NCBI GenBank assembly: GCA_965657355.1
Contig: CBFHOE010000007.1
Span: 160,001-224,000, forward strand
Direction of reading: 5' to 3'
Length of the DNA: 64,000 bases
Source: Limisphaerales bacterium
GTDB lineage: Bacteria; Verrucomicrobiota; Verrucomicrobiia; Limisphaerales; JAJOIW01
Position numbers and translations under genes: made by a program
The notes under the pieces: model-generated
What the model saw: the letters and a program-made list of their open reading frames with translations, nothing else
The model's database searches: none
Told to the model about the DNA's origin: nothing
Shown: positions 19,210 to 29,860 of the stretch, one piece after another
Numbering within the stretch: position 1 is the stretch's first letter
Layout of the letters: each line of letters begins with the position of its first letter

Positions 19210-20793
19210 TTAATCGAATCTTAGGTAACCTTCAATTTTCGACACCCACTCCTGCTCGAAATCAAACTTATCCCATGTTGCAGGATTTTCTAAGACACAA
19301 CAAACTGATTCTAATTGAAAGGACAGGTCTTCTATTCTGGATCTACCATAATTCGCCGTAGCATCACCGGAAATCATAAACAACCAATCGCTAGACTCTA
19401 ATAAGTAAAGCAACTTAAACCCCAATTCGCTAATTTGACTAAAATATGAATTGTTTAAATTATTATCAAAACAAGCGTGTAATTTTAAAAATTTTTTTCT
19501 TAGCAAGGTAATCTTTGAAACTTCAGATATATTTTTATTATTTATCCAATGACGGTAATCTCGCCCTCCCCCCCAACTGGATGCTATGGCCTCGATTCCC
19601 AAAGAAGATCTTGAATCAGAATGCGCCCCGTCTTTTTGGGATTGAAAAAATTGCGTTGGAGTCATCCATTTTGGGGCTGATTGATTAACCATTCCATTTT
19701 TAGTGAAGAGCTTATTTAAGCTTCTCAAAAATTCGGGCCCCTCAAACCACCAATGCCCAAATAATTCAGCGTCAAAAGCAAATACATTAAAAGGATCCTT
19801 GTCTGAATCGCCTTGAAAACCCAACCACGAATTTGATTTATGGAAGAAATCACTAGCATGCTCCTTAACTCTTTCCGTAGCGAAATTCGGTTTGTATGTA
19901 TTCCCATCAATCGAGGTTAGTTTAATTCCGGTGTATTCGGGAGTCCGCTGACCGGGGGTAAAAGACGATAAATAAGAATGGTCACATTCGAATCCAATAT
20001 CACGATGAAAATCTCTATAAATTGAATCAGCTGGGTACCCGCGTTGTGAATCCCAAATTAATCGAGCGCCATCCTGATGACGCAAAACAACATTCAAGCC
20101 AGAATCAGTCGCGAAATGCGATTGCCGAAAATCCTTGTGAATCCCCGGCTCTGGCTCTAGCACTACCCATTCAACTCCATTTGCTAGAAGATGATTTTCT
20201 AACTGCAAATCCCAAGCGCATTCAGGCAACCAAAAACCTTTTGGCCTAATTCCAAAACATCTCTGAATGGCATCTTGGCCTAATCTAATGTGATTATTTA
20301 AGTGCTGACTTTCATCCAAGAGAAAAGGAAGGATGCTATGAGATACAGATGTTGCTATGATGTCAACATGGCCTTTTCTAGATAATTTTCTCCACTCCGA
20401 TATCAAATCCCCATTTAATTCGTACCAATTACCGAGGATGTTTGAATAATACTTTTGGTAGTGCTCGCAGACTGCTTTCTCATGCTTTGAGTAATAATTA
20501 CGAATGGCTTCACTCTTCGCGAGTTTTATACGGGATTTGAGATATCGTTCAAACCCATCGCAAATTTCTTGTGAAGAGAGCATGCTAAGTAAAGGAGCGC
20601 TACAACTTAATATGAATTTCAATTCATATTGATTGTTTGATATACCTGAAAAAGCATTGGTTAGCGGCAAATATGATTCTGCCAGGCATTCATAAAACCA
20701 CCAAATGCCATAATCATTTAAAGCTTGCTGATCTCTGAACCAAGGGAGATGGGCATGCAATAAAAAACAGTGCGCACCTTTAGACAAAAGCAT
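19210..20793 (-). CDS. GH57 family 1,4-alpha-glucan branching enzyme (DUF1957 C-terminus)
   Basis: LHAHLP, ESYLP, GFWLPECAW (nucleophile Glu), GYPAD..YRDF, FDAELFGHWWFEGP (acid/base Asp), ESSDWLF. Confidence 0.88.
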   Translation of the reverse strand: MLLSKGAHCFLLHAHLPWFRDQQALNDYGIWWFYECLAESYLPLTNAFSGISNNQYELKFILSCSAPLLSMLSSQEICDGFERYLKSRIKLAKSEAIRNYYSKHEKAVCEHYQKYYSNILGNWYELNGDLISEWRKLSRKGHVDIIATSVSHSILPFLLDESQHLNNHIRLGQDAIQRCFGIRPKGFWLPECAWDLQLENHLLANGVEWVVLEPEPGIHKDFRQSHFATDSGLNVVLRHQDGARLIWDSQRGYPADSIYRDFHRDIGFECDHSYLSSFTPGQRTPEYTGIKLTSIDGNTYKPNFATERVKEHASDFFHKSNSWLGFQGDSDKDPFNVFAFDAELFGHWWFEGPEFLRSLNKLFTKNGMVNQSAPKWMTPTQFFQSQKDGAHSDSRSSLGIEAIASSWGGGRDYRHWINNKNISEVSKITLLRKKFLKLHACFDNNLNNSYFSQISELGFKLLYLLESSDWLFMISGDATANYGRSRIEDLSFQLESVCCVLENPATWDKFDFEQEWVSKIEGYLRFD

Positions 20794-20825
20794 AATCTAA
20801 TTGATGGATTTTAAAAATCGTCAAA

Positions 20826-21710
20826 CTATTGATCCACTTGACTGCTAACCGAGGAGAATAGTTTAATTTCGCGCACCTCTCTATGCTTACCATCCGCCGA
20901 TACAATCGAAAGGTGCCCAGTAATTGTTTTGCTATTTTCTGGTGATTTTATTCTAAGTGAATAGGAACCGTTGTTAACGTCGACTCTCTTTCCATTCCAA
21001 AATATTTGAACTCCGTGATCGACCTTGCCATATAGTGAAAACTCAGTAACCAAAATACTTTTATCGAGTTTTTGCCCCTCATTTGGTCGCTCACTATTTG
21101 TAATTCCAGATGTTTCTGAATTCGATGGCACACCATCATCAGTATATTTTTTTTCAATTACTTCTTCAGATTTTATTTCGTATTGTTTGGAGGACAAGCT
21201 CATTGGGGAAGACAGGGGCTCGGAATAGGAAATCTGGCTTCCTGAGCCGATAGAAAGGTCATTCGATGCCTGGTTATGCCAAACCTCCGAATGATTAAAA
21301 GGGAAATCATATTTTTGAAAACCTTCGTACGCCTTTTGCCTATTGGAAGTGCTGGATTGTGCATTACCAGGCCATATTCCTTTACTCAAGCAGCACCAAT
21401 TCTTGTTTTTAGAGTTTATAAAAAATCCAAATTCAACTTCTAGGGAAATAAATTCATTTGGCAATGGGACAAGCCACCCTGATGCCTGGTCTGCAACATC
21501 AATGACGGTGGTTGGAGAATTCTTGTTTGATGATAATTTTAATTTCAGCCCACTCTCATCAAAGGTTTTTAAAATTTCACACAATTCCGAAAAACCCCAA
21601 TCCCAAACAACGTATACCCAGCCATCGCCCCTCGGAATCAATCCTAGCTCTCTAGGAATCATAGTGGCCCCCGCCTGTGCTAGAAGGTGAGATTTTTTAT
21701 CTGAACTCAT
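20826..21710 (-). CDS. DUF4912-like protein (usual partner of GH57 branching enzyme)
   Basis: LIPRGDGWVYVVWD resembles the family N-terminal motif; Ser-rich middle; C-terminal EFSLYGKVDHGVQIFWNG..V...NGSYS; position directly upstream of GH57. Confidence 0.6.
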   Translation of the reverse strand: MSSDKKSHLLAQAGATMIPRELGLIPRGDGWVYVVWDWGFSELCEILKTFDESGLKLKLSSNKNSPTTVIDVADQASGWLVPLPNEFISLEVEFGFFINSKNKNWCCLSKGIWPGNAQSSTSNRQKAYEGFQKYDFPFNHSEVWHNQASNDLSIGSGSQISYSEPLSSPMSLSSKQYEIKSEEVIEKKYTDDGVPSNSETSGITNSERPNEGQKLDKSILVTEFSLYGKVDHGVQIFWNGKRVDVNNGSYSLRIKSPENSKTITGHLSIVSADGKHREVREIKLFSSVSSQVDQ

Positions 21711-21803
21711 AAAGTATCTATTGTAGAGGTGTGATGCGCATGGCCCGGATTACGAAAAGGTTTCTGTAAATTAAATTCATTTCCAGATGAACAAATTTCA
21801 TGG

Positions 21804-22544
21804 TTGAATATTGGTAAGGTGTTTACAAGTTTAAAAGAACTTTTCAATGCAAATCATGAATCTATTCTGGTCATCCTCCGGACTTCAGAATCTGCACATG
21901 ACTTCCTCGAGAAAATCAGGAAGTCGGACCACAACTATATCAACCTAGCCATTTACTTTCTTGATGAGGCAGTTGTAGCCACCCAGGATCAAACATTTAC
22001 AAATATGCTCCCCATTGAAGGAACGTATTTCTCATGCAGTTTTGCCTCAGAGAATTTAGGAGTGGAACCTTCGGAGAACGTTCATATTGTCGGACTGTCA
22101 ATGCTTGCCAAATTACTGGATAATTATGAGGTGCTGCTTTATGAGTCGACTGAAAAACAATTAATTCTTGAATCGCTTCAACCGGGACTTAAACCCATCA
22201 AGTTCTCATTCGGAATGGATAGCTTCCGCAAGAGCTCATACACACTGGAACCGCTGCGACTTGCTGCAGGCTTAGCTCCCTGGACAAAAAGGTCATTGAG
22301 ACTAAATTACAATACTTCAAGCAATCTAGTTCGGAACGAATCGATTGAACTCTCGCATTTACTAGCTTCCGACTTCTCAAATTACCTGAGAATTTTAAAT
22401 GATTATCAAGTAACATACACGAGTAACCATGAGGGGAAAAATGGCATTCAGGATGCGAATTTCAAAACCATAATCAGTGAACTTTCAAAATTACCTCTCT
22501 TGAAAGAGGAAATCAATTCTGATGAAATCCAAATAAAAATCTAA
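21804..22544 (+). CDS. Putative DsrE/DsrF(TusD/TusC)-like two-domain protein
   Basis: IYFLDEAV...YFSCSFASENLGV...IVGLSMLAKLL (DsrE-like); second half LEPLRLAAGL (DsrF-like). Start codon uncertain. Confidence 0.5.
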   Translation: MNIGKVFTSLKELFNANHESILVILRTSESAHDFLEKIRKSDHNYINLAIYFLDEAVVATQDQTFTNMLPIEGTYFSCSFASENLGVEPSENVHIVGLSMLAKLLDNYEVLLYESTEKQLILESLQPGLKPIKFSFGMDSFRKSSYTLEPLRLAAGLAPWTKRSLRLNYNTSSNLVRNESIELSHLLASDFSNYLRILNDYQVTYTSNHEGKNGIQDANFKTIISELSKLPLLKEEINSDEIQIKI

Positions 22545-22934
22545 TCATCAAAATTTTGTTTATCATATAAAAGTAAAATTCCGGACAATTTTAAATCCAT
22601 TGGGAATACCTTGTATGATACCATCATCAGCAGATGGCATTGAGCTTGGAGTGTTGGAATAAGGGACGCACGACTTTGAGGATCTCACCATACCCATTCC
22701 AAAACGATAAACATTCTTCGAAACCCACACACAAGATAATATCTTTTTATCTATACTGACCAATGGGGTGAGAACCTAATCCTATATTTTAGGGGCACCA
22801 ATAGTAATTATATTATTTAGAGGATCAGCACCGACGAATACACACATATAACGAAACCAATCAAAAATAATAATTAAAATAGAGCTTTCGTTTGATAAAA
22901 AAAATCTTTACAACTTCTCGATTATTACTGGGGT

Positions 22935-24383
22935 ATGACCGATAAAACATATTGCAAAAATTATAAAAGATATTTTTTCGTTCTGATGATAATCGGGATG
23001 GCTCCTTTTATATCATTTTCAAAGCCAAACATCATTTATCTTATCCTAGATGAGTGGGGGTATTATGAATGGTCCGGCATCGGTCATAAGAAAATTGAAA
23101 CCCCAAACATTGATCATTTTTCTACCCAATCAATGAGGTTCACCCAGTGTCTAGCAGGGGCTAGTGTGTGCGCCCCCACTAGATCTGTGCTCCTGACAGG
23201 TAAGCACCAGGGGAGGACTACTGTCAGAGCAAACAATGGTTTTACCCCGCTTAAAGCCTCCGACATAACTATTGCATCCTTATTAAAGAATGCAGGCTAC
23301 AAAACAGGAGGCTTTGGCAAATGGGGAATAGGCGGGAGGGGTTCAACTGGAGTTCCCGAAAAACACGGTTTTGATATTTTCTTTGGATATTATCATCAGG
23401 TCCACGCCCATAATTTTTTCCCCCCATACCTTATAAAGAATTCAGAGGAAATACCTCTTTCAGGGAATGAGCGAGGTGATTATTACAACGGAAAAACATA
23501 CGCGCAGGATGAAATTTTTAGTGAATCGATTAAGTTCATAGAAGACAACAAAGAAAACCCATTCTTTTGCTATCTACCATGGACTCCACCTCATGGATTG
23601 TGGGGAATCCCAGAAGAAGATCCTTCATGGAAACTTTTTAAGCACAAAAAAGGGTGGAATTATGGACAACAAACAAAAAAAGATGCACGCGTATATGCAG
23701 CAATGCTTCATATGGTAGATCGCCAATTCGGAAAAATTTTAGATTTACTTGAAAAACTTAATATTGCAGATGATACGATTATTTTTTTAAGTGGAGACAA
23801 TGGGGGCCAGGCTTACTTTCCGAGCAAAAACTATCCAAACGGATTCTTTGGACCAAATGTAGACCCACAAACTGGGAAAAGAATATTCCGTGGAGGCAAG
23901 GGGCAGATGTATGAAGGAGGATTGAGAGTGCCATTTATGGTTCGCTGGCCCGGAAAAATAAAAGCTGCATCAGTTTCAGATCATCTGAGTTCCTTTGCTG
24001 ATATTATGCCTACGATATGTGATTTGATATCAATTAAATGTCCAGAGGATACAACTGGAATATCATTTGCTCCTACCCTTTTGGGTGACGGCATCCAGAG
24101 AAACCACAAATATTTGTACTGGGAGCAAGGGAATGATTTTGCCGTCAGGGCCGGTTATTGGAAATTCTTGAAAGTAAAAAATAATGAAGAGCTCTATAAT
24201 CTCAGTGTGGATATTTCAGAGCAAAACAATGTGGCTACTAAACACCCTCGTATAACGAGCAAATTGCAAATTTTCGCCAAAGAAGCCCATAAAACTAATC
24301 AGTTAGGCCAATTTTATAGAACTGATCTCAATACCCGAGATAGAAAAGCCGCAGGGCCTAAACCAAAGCGTATTAAAAATTAA
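22935..24383 (+). CDS. Arylsulfatase (family S1, Cys-type)
   Basis: KPNIIYLILDEWG, CAPTRSVLLTG, FGKWG, GDNG, GGKGQMYEGGLRVP, ELYNL..DISEQNN. Confidence 0.93.
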   Translation: MTDKTYCKNYKRYFFVLMIIGMAPFISFSKPNIIYLILDEWGYYEWSGIGHKKIETPNIDHFSTQSMRFTQCLAGASVCAPTRSVLLTGKHQGRTTVRANNGFTPLKASDITIASLLKNAGYKTGGFGKWGIGGRGSTGVPEKHGFDIFFGYYHQVHAHNFFPPYLIKNSEEIPLSGNERGDYYNGKTYAQDEIFSESIKFIEDNKENPFFCYLPWTPPHGLWGIPEEDPSWKLFKHKKGWNYGQQTKKDARVYAAMLHMVDRQFGKILDLLEKLNIADDTIIFLSGDNGGQAYFPSKNYPNGFFGPNVDPQTGKRIFRGGKGQMYEGGLRVPFMVRWPGKIKAASVSDHLSSFADIMPTICDLISIKCPEDTTGISFAPTLLGDGIQRNHKYLYWEQGNDFAVRAGYWKFLKVKNNEELYNLSVDISEQNNVATKHPRITSKLQIFAKEAHKTNQLGQFYRTDLNTRDRKAAGPKPKRIKN

Positions 24384-24402
24384 AATAGATTCTTATACTA
24401 TT

Positions 24403-25782
24403 ATGAACACCGAAGAATTAAGAAGAAATTCCTTTTGTATTATCTGCGTATTTTTAATTTCATTTCTCAATGCAGTTACAGAAGAGTGGCCGAATTACCT
24501 TGGCAAGGATCTTGATGGCATTTGGAATGAATCAGGCATCTCACTCGATATTAAAAAGCACCCTCCGCGTCTTGTTTGGTCCACCAAAATTAGCAGCGGA
24601 TACTCAGGCCCTTCTGTATCGGGAAAATATGTCTATGTATCTGATTTTCAAGCTGAGCCATACGACCCAGGCGAGCTTTCCCCAGGAACAAATATCAATT
24701 TTGTAAGAGGCACCATTAAAGGAAAAGAACGACTCATATGTCTCAATGAACAAAATGGAAAGATAAAGTGGACACATAGCCATGATCAGACATACACATC
24801 GGCTTATGCCTACGCTATAGGCCCACGCACCACCCCACTTATAGACGAGGATTTGGTGTTCACTCTCGGTGCCGAGGGACAACTGACGGCTTACCAAGCC
24901 AAATTAGGTGTTCCCACTTGGACCAGAAACCTCATAAAAGATTTTGAATTTTCAAATCCGGAATGGGGAACGTCAACTCATCCCATAGTTCACAAAAATT
25001 TATTAATTTGTATCGCAGGGGGAGAAGGATCAGCGGTGGTCGCTTTCAATAAAAAAACCGGTGAAGTCGTATGGAAAGCACTCAACTCCAAGAAATCTGG
25101 ATATAGTACATTGGTAATTAGGATAATTAATGGCATAGAAAGTCTGCTGGTCTGGCATGGGGAATCAGTTAACGCATTGGATCCAGATAACGGAAATCTA
25201 ATCTGGAGCGTCCCTTTTAAGCCCACTTATGGCATGTCAATTGCCGCCCCAGTAGTATGGAAAAACCTTGTTTATGTTATGGGATTTAGCGCTAAGTCTG
25301 GAGTCATTGAAGTATCCGAGGGGGGAGAAGCTGCAAGACTACTGTGGGGACCAAGTCCTCGACTTGGTGTGGCAGGAGTTTTCAATACACCATTCATAAA
25401 AAATGGAATTATATATTCAGGTGGGAGACGGGGTATTTTCAAAAGCGTTCAAATGCTAACAGGAGAAACACTCTGGGAAGATTCAACAGCATTACTGAAA
25501 GCTGATGGATCAGGCAAAGGAGGTTGGTTAAGTGCCTTTACTGTTCACCATGAACCATCTGGTAAGACTCTGATTTTAAATGACCATGGAGAGCTTATCA
25601 TATCCACGCTCACCCCAGAAAAATTTCGTGAAGAAGCCCGCATGCAACTTATAGAGCCAACACATTTAGTGTCTGGCAGAAAGCTTGTTTGGTCTCACCC
25701 AGCCTTTGCTCATGGAAAAATATACTGTCGAAATGATAAAGAAATCAGATGTTGGGATTTTTCATTTAATGAGACAAGGTAA
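24403..25782 (+). CDS. PQQ-like beta-propeller repeat protein (BamB-like, PVC type)
   Basis: EWPNYLG, GYSGP, GPRTTP, AFNKKTGEVVW, ALDPDNGNLIW, WSHPAFAHGKIYCRND. Confidence 0.85.
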   Translation: MNTEELRRNSFCIICVFLISFLNAVTEEWPNYLGKDLDGIWNESGISLDIKKHPPRLVWSTKISSGYSGPSVSGKYVYVSDFQAEPYDPGELSPGTNINFVRGTIKGKERLICLNEQNGKIKWTHSHDQTYTSAYAYAIGPRTTPLIDEDLVFTLGAEGQLTAYQAKLGVPTWTRNLIKDFEFSNPEWGTSTHPIVHKNLLICIAGGEGSAVVAFNKKTGEVVWKALNSKKSGYSTLVIRIINGIESLLVWHGESVNALDPDNGNLIWSVPFKPTYGMSIAAPVVWKNLVYVMGFSAKSGVIEVSEGGEAARLLWGPSPRLGVAGVFNTPFIKNGIIYSGGRRGIFKSVQMLTGETLWEDSTALLKADGSGKGGWLSAFTVHHEPSGKTLILNDHGELIISTLTPEKFREEARMQLIEPTHLVSGRKLVWSHPAFAHGKIYCRNDKEIRCWDFSFNETR

Positions 25783-25813
25783 TCATTTATCAGCTACCAA
25801 ACTCCGATATTAG

Positions 25814-28225
25814 TTATTCTGTAAATTTGTAGGAATACAAGTCGGCATCCTGCATATAAAATTTTAGTTGAATAGGTTTCCCATTTAATTTTGATAAAGA
25901 GCTTTTGGTAGAGCCATCCCAATGAACTTTTCTGCTCAAGTGATCTCCAAGTAACTCCACACAATCTTCCTTAGAGAAACCTGGAATAGGGTTTCCACCT
26001 GGTTCGACTATCTCAACAAAAATATTTCCACCGGCACTTGTCTCGAAATTTAGTTCGAGTGAATTACCTTCGAAAACAACTGGAGTAGTCGTAAGTATTC
26101 CTGGTGTTGAGTTTGCAGAGATGGAGGCAAATCCATCTGTACGCAGGACATACCTAGTCAGATGCGCAGACTCTTGTCCATAATGAGATAACCTATAAAT
26201 ATACATTTGGTAGGGATCATCGAGGGAAGGAACAACACCTAATCCCAGGGCATTGGAGCGGCTAATCCAATCTCTCAAACCAGTGCCGGGCCTCACAAAA
26301 CCAGTTTGAAAAGTACGATCAAATTCAAGTTGACTGCGACTACTTAAAAATATGGAGTCCGCAGTATCTTTTCTGTAGTTGGGATCTTTTACCAATGATT
26401 CTGCAACCTGCTTATCTATGGCAACTTTTCCCGGAAAAAAACGTTTAGGAAAGGCAACATACATATGAGGGGCGCGAAAATAAGGCTGGGTCTGGTTTGT
26501 ATAAAGATGCTCTCCAGGAAGATTAGCTAATGTGTCCTTGGGAGACGTCCACGATTTTAAGTCAGATGACTGGACTCGATAAACTTTTCTCAAACCGCTG
26601 ATAAATCTGCGGTAATAAAGAATGTATGCCTCTTCTGCTTCGGACCAAAATCCAACATTTTGAGAATCAAATGCCCATCCGTTTTTAAAATCATCTCTAA
26701 AAACGGGCCCCTCACCTTTTTGGCTCCAATTTACACCGTCTGCAGAGACCATCAGAAACAAGCCATTTTCATCGTTACCACCAAAAGCTTTAAAGCGTTC
26801 ATTGGGTTCCACTCCTGGCCGCAAATCTACGAATGGTGAAAAGTTATGACAAGCAGGATGCCTTGCGAGAATAATATTGTTTTTTGAAAAACCCATGTGG
26901 TTATAAATGGAATATTCAGGCTTATGCCAATTGATACCATCAATACTTGTAGCATGGCAGGTGACCTCGACTTCTTCAGTATGCCTAGCGACAGGTAAAC
27001 CGCGGTAATACAGGTGGTAAATTTTTTTGTCCTTGATCACAGTAGGATAACCCGCAAATACACCTTCCCAGGGCTTATCAAACGGCAGGCAATTACCTGC
27101 CCTTACTGGATCCTTTAATTCATGAGCTAGCCCCTCGACGGAACTCACTAATTCCGTGTCCAAAAATAATTCTCTTCTTTGCCCTATAACGGATTGACTT
27201 AATGAAGGAATCTTTAGTTTGGCTAAATAAATAGCACTTTTACTCTGATGAGAGCTGTAATAACTCACCCAAAGTTTATCCTCTTGGATAACCATCCCAG
27301 CATAACTTGTATCACCATTGCTCGGTAGGCGCAGCGCTGGCGTGTAATCTCCATTATCAGGATCAATAAATCCTAATTCCGTCTTGTTTCCCCCTGACAA
27401 ATATCTTCGAACGCATGCCAGCAACCTGCCATTTGGCAAAACAACCATAGCAGGGCCGCCAATACGAATCGGCATTCTTTTCCACTCCCAGTCAATATAC
27501 GGATAATCGCTCGTGCCTAGCAGACCATTAGTGGCATTTCCGGCCTGGGGATTATCTCGCCTCAGCAGCATATATGCTTTCCCATTTCTATCAAAAGATA
27601 GCGCATGCTCATTACTTTTATCACCGGGGGGCCGAATGTGTGTCAGCAAAGTATTGTATTCCATTCCATCCTTCGTTTTATAAAGTACGGTTTTATCTTT
27701 AGAACCACCTCGATATCCCAAAGCTAGTCCTGTATTTTTGATCCACGAGGTTTGCCATATCCACGTACCTGAGTCGCCGATCTTTTTGGCTTGGCTCCAA
27801 TTTCTTCCATCTTTTGAGATAAATGAGACAGAATAGCTTGTATCTATTCTTTCCTCTCCGTTAGCGTCGACATTGTATACCCAGGAGTTCAGCAGGAGAT
27901 TTCCATCCGGAGTTATAGATAACTTTGCGTCTCTGAGGTCACGATTTTCAACTTCAAGCAAAGCTACAGATTCCCATTCCTGGCCATCTCGGGATTCGAT
28001 AACTCGGACCTTTCCATAGTCATTCGGCTGTGCGTGTGTTTTCCCCTCTCTGAATGCGCAATACCAACGCCCACGAAAATACTCAAGATCCGTAAACGCA
28101 TTATGATTGGCTCGATCCCAAATTTTATTTACTTCCAGCAGTTGAAGCTCTTCACATAGAACCTCTCTATTTGGAAAAGTTAAAATGATGAGAATATATA
28201 ATATGAAGAACGAAATTCTTTTCAT
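25814..28225 (-). CDS. Secreted two-propeller fusion: Asp-box/BNR sialidase-like domain + second glycoside-hydrolase-like propeller with C-terminal beta-sandwich
   Basis: N half: HNAFTDL, ESRDGQEW, SKDGRNW, GDTSYAGM, WVSYYSSH. C half: RRELFLD, YHLYY, TSIDGINWHKP, SADGVNW, FDSQN, LRTDGFAS. Confidence 0.7.
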   Translation of the reverse strand: MKRISFFILYILIILTFPNREVLCEELQLLEVNKIWDRANHNAFTDLEYFRGRWYCAFREGKTHAQPNDYGKVRVIESRDGQEWESVALLEVENRDLRDAKLSITPDGNLLLNSWVYNVDANGEERIDTSYSVSFISKDGRNWSQAKKIGDSGTWIWQTSWIKNTGLALGYRGGSKDKTVLYKTKDGMEYNTLLTHIRPPGDKSNEHALSFDRNGKAYMLLRRDNPQAGNATNGLLGTSDYPYIDWEWKRMPIRIGGPAMVVLPNGRLLACVRRYLSGGNKTELGFIDPDNGDYTPALRLPSNGDTSYAGMVIQEDKLWVSYYSSHQSKSAIYLAKLKIPSLSQSVIGQRRELFLDTELVSSVEGLAHELKDPVRAGNCLPFDKPWEGVFAGYPTVIKDKKIYHLYYRGLPVARHTEEVEVTCHATSIDGINWHKPEYSIYNHMGFSKNNIILARHPACHNFSPFVDLRPGVEPNERFKAFGGNDENGLFLMVSADGVNWSQKGEGPVFRDDFKNGWAFDSQNVGFWSEAEEAYILYYRRFISGLRKVYRVQSSDLKSWTSPKDTLANLPGEHLYTNQTQPYFRAPHMYVAFPKRFFPGKVAIDKQVAESLVKDPNYRKDTADSIFLSSRSQLEFDRTFQTGFVRPGTGLRDWISRSNALGLGVVPSLDDPYQMYIYRLSHYGQESAHLTRYVLRTDGFASISANSTPGILTTTPVVFEGNSLELNFETSAGGNIFVEIVEPGGNPIPGFSKEDCVELLGDHLSRKVHWDGSTKSSLSKLNGKPIQLKFYMQDADLYSYKFTE

Positions 28226-28252
28226 TGGATTATTTAAAATAAGTATTTCCAG

Positions 28253-29617
28253 TTAGACATTAAAGTTTGCTTCCCAGCCTTTTCTATAATCACGGCGCAA
28301 CCATTTATTGGCTTCTGGAAAATTGGTAAATTGAAAAGAATTTGAATCCCATTCAAGTTTTTTATGTTCTAATTTTTCACGTAATTCAGCACGCAGTGCC
28401 ACATTGCCGAGAAGAACTGTTTCCGTGAGAGGACCCGCCCACTCAAATTGAGACCCCGGGATGCCCTTACCTTTACAAGCCTCTATCCATTCCCTGTGAT
28501 GGCCAACAGACCTAGCTAGCTTTTTAGTTGGAGATCCAACCTCCTGATTGAGTTTCTCTGGATAAAGGCGCCACTTATTCCAATCTGTGTATATAATGCC
28601 GTCTTCCCCTTTTAGAATTATCCCATTGTCACCTATTCGATCTCCATCCGCCATTTCTTTTGGCCTATTGGGACGAAGCCCTCCATCATACCAGGTGAGC
28701 TTTAAATCTGAAAAACCATTCCTTTTCGGAAAATAATAAGTAATCATAGACGCCAGTGGATAGGTTTCTTTATTGACTCTAGATGATGTGGCTTCGACTG
28801 ATTTTGGGGCACCAAGATGAAGAGCACGGAAGACCGGATCAAAAAAGTGACAGGCTATATCACCCAACGCGCCCGTCCCAAAGTCCCACCACCCTCTCCA
28901 TTTAAATGGAAGGTAAGCAGGGTTGTAGGGTCGAAGCGGTGCAGGCCCAAGCCATAAATCCCAGTCCACAGAGGCCGGAACCTCCATTTTCGTATGAGGC
29001 CGCGAGATACCTTGCGGCCAATATTCACCAAAAATTCCTTTAGATGCCCTGTCTGTCCAAACTTCGACCTCGGTAATATTGCCGACAACACCATCCATGA
29101 CATATTCTTGGACCCGACGAGTCTCGTCAGTGGCTTGAGCTTGATTTCCCATTTGGGTAGCAACCCCAGATATTCGTGCTGCTCGAGTTAACTCTCGAGC
29201 TTCCCAAACGGAGTGGGTTAAAGGTTTCTCAGTATAAAGATGTTTCTTTCTCTCTAAAGCCTCCATTGAGGCGTGAAAATGGTGATGATCGGGTGTTGCG
29301 ACTATGACAGCATCAATTTCAGATGACATCTCATCAAACATTTTTCTGTAATCTCGAAACTTTTTAGCTTTAGGATATCTATTATAAGTTCCACTGGCCC
29401 TATTGTCATCGACATCGCACAATCCGATAATGCTCTCTGAGCTTACGCTATTGATATCCGAGGCTGCTTTACCACCAGCCCCTATGCTCACTATGTTTAA
29501 TTTTTCGTTTTGGGCGTAGGTTCTGGCGGAACCACTTTGTAAAATCATAAATGCGCAGGCACTTTGCTTTAAAAATGTCCTGCGATCAAAACTTGAAGAG
29601 CCTTTCCGTCTTTTCAT
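28253..29617 (-). CDS. Gfo/Idh/MocA family oxidoreductase, Tat-exported
   Basis: DRRTFLK leader; IGAGG, LCDVD, ATPDHHH, YTEKPL, TQMGNQ, WDLWLGPAP, WRGWWDFGTGALGD. Confidence 0.93.
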   Translation of the reverse strand: MKRRKGSSSFDRRTFLKQSACAFMILQSGSARTYAQNEKLNIVSIGAGGKAASDINSVSSESIIGLCDVDDNRASGTYNRYPKAKKFRDYRKMFDEMSSEIDAVIVATPDHHHFHASMEALERKKHLYTEKPLTHSVWEARELTRAARISGVATQMGNQAQATDETRRVQEYVMDGVVGNITEVEVWTDRASKGIFGEYWPQGISRPHTKMEVPASVDWDLWLGPAPLRPYNPAYLPFKWRGWWDFGTGALGDIACHFFDPVFRALHLGAPKSVEATSSRVNKETYPLASMITYYFPKRNGFSDLKLTWYDGGLRPNRPKEMADGDRIGDNGIILKGEDGIIYTDWNKWRLYPEKLNQEVGSPTKKLARSVGHHREWIEACKGKGIPGSQFEWAGPLTETVLLGNVALRAELREKLEHKKLEWDSNSFQFTNFPEANKWLRRDYRKGWEANFNV

Positions 29618-29860
29618 TTTGCTTTATATGGATACTGAGATATGATTTCGCATCCCCCGACAACCAGCAAGTACAAAGCGGATAATTTTCATGAGAAGCC
29701 GACAAGTTATATTCTGTTTACACTCTAGTTGGTATGGGAAAATGGCATTTTGAACGGGCAAACAAAAAAATCTAAAACTAGAAATTCCTCTTTATATCAA
29801 TGGATTCATTTGCGAATTCTAAGAGTCACCTTTATTTATTCTAAAAGTCAAAGATTACGT

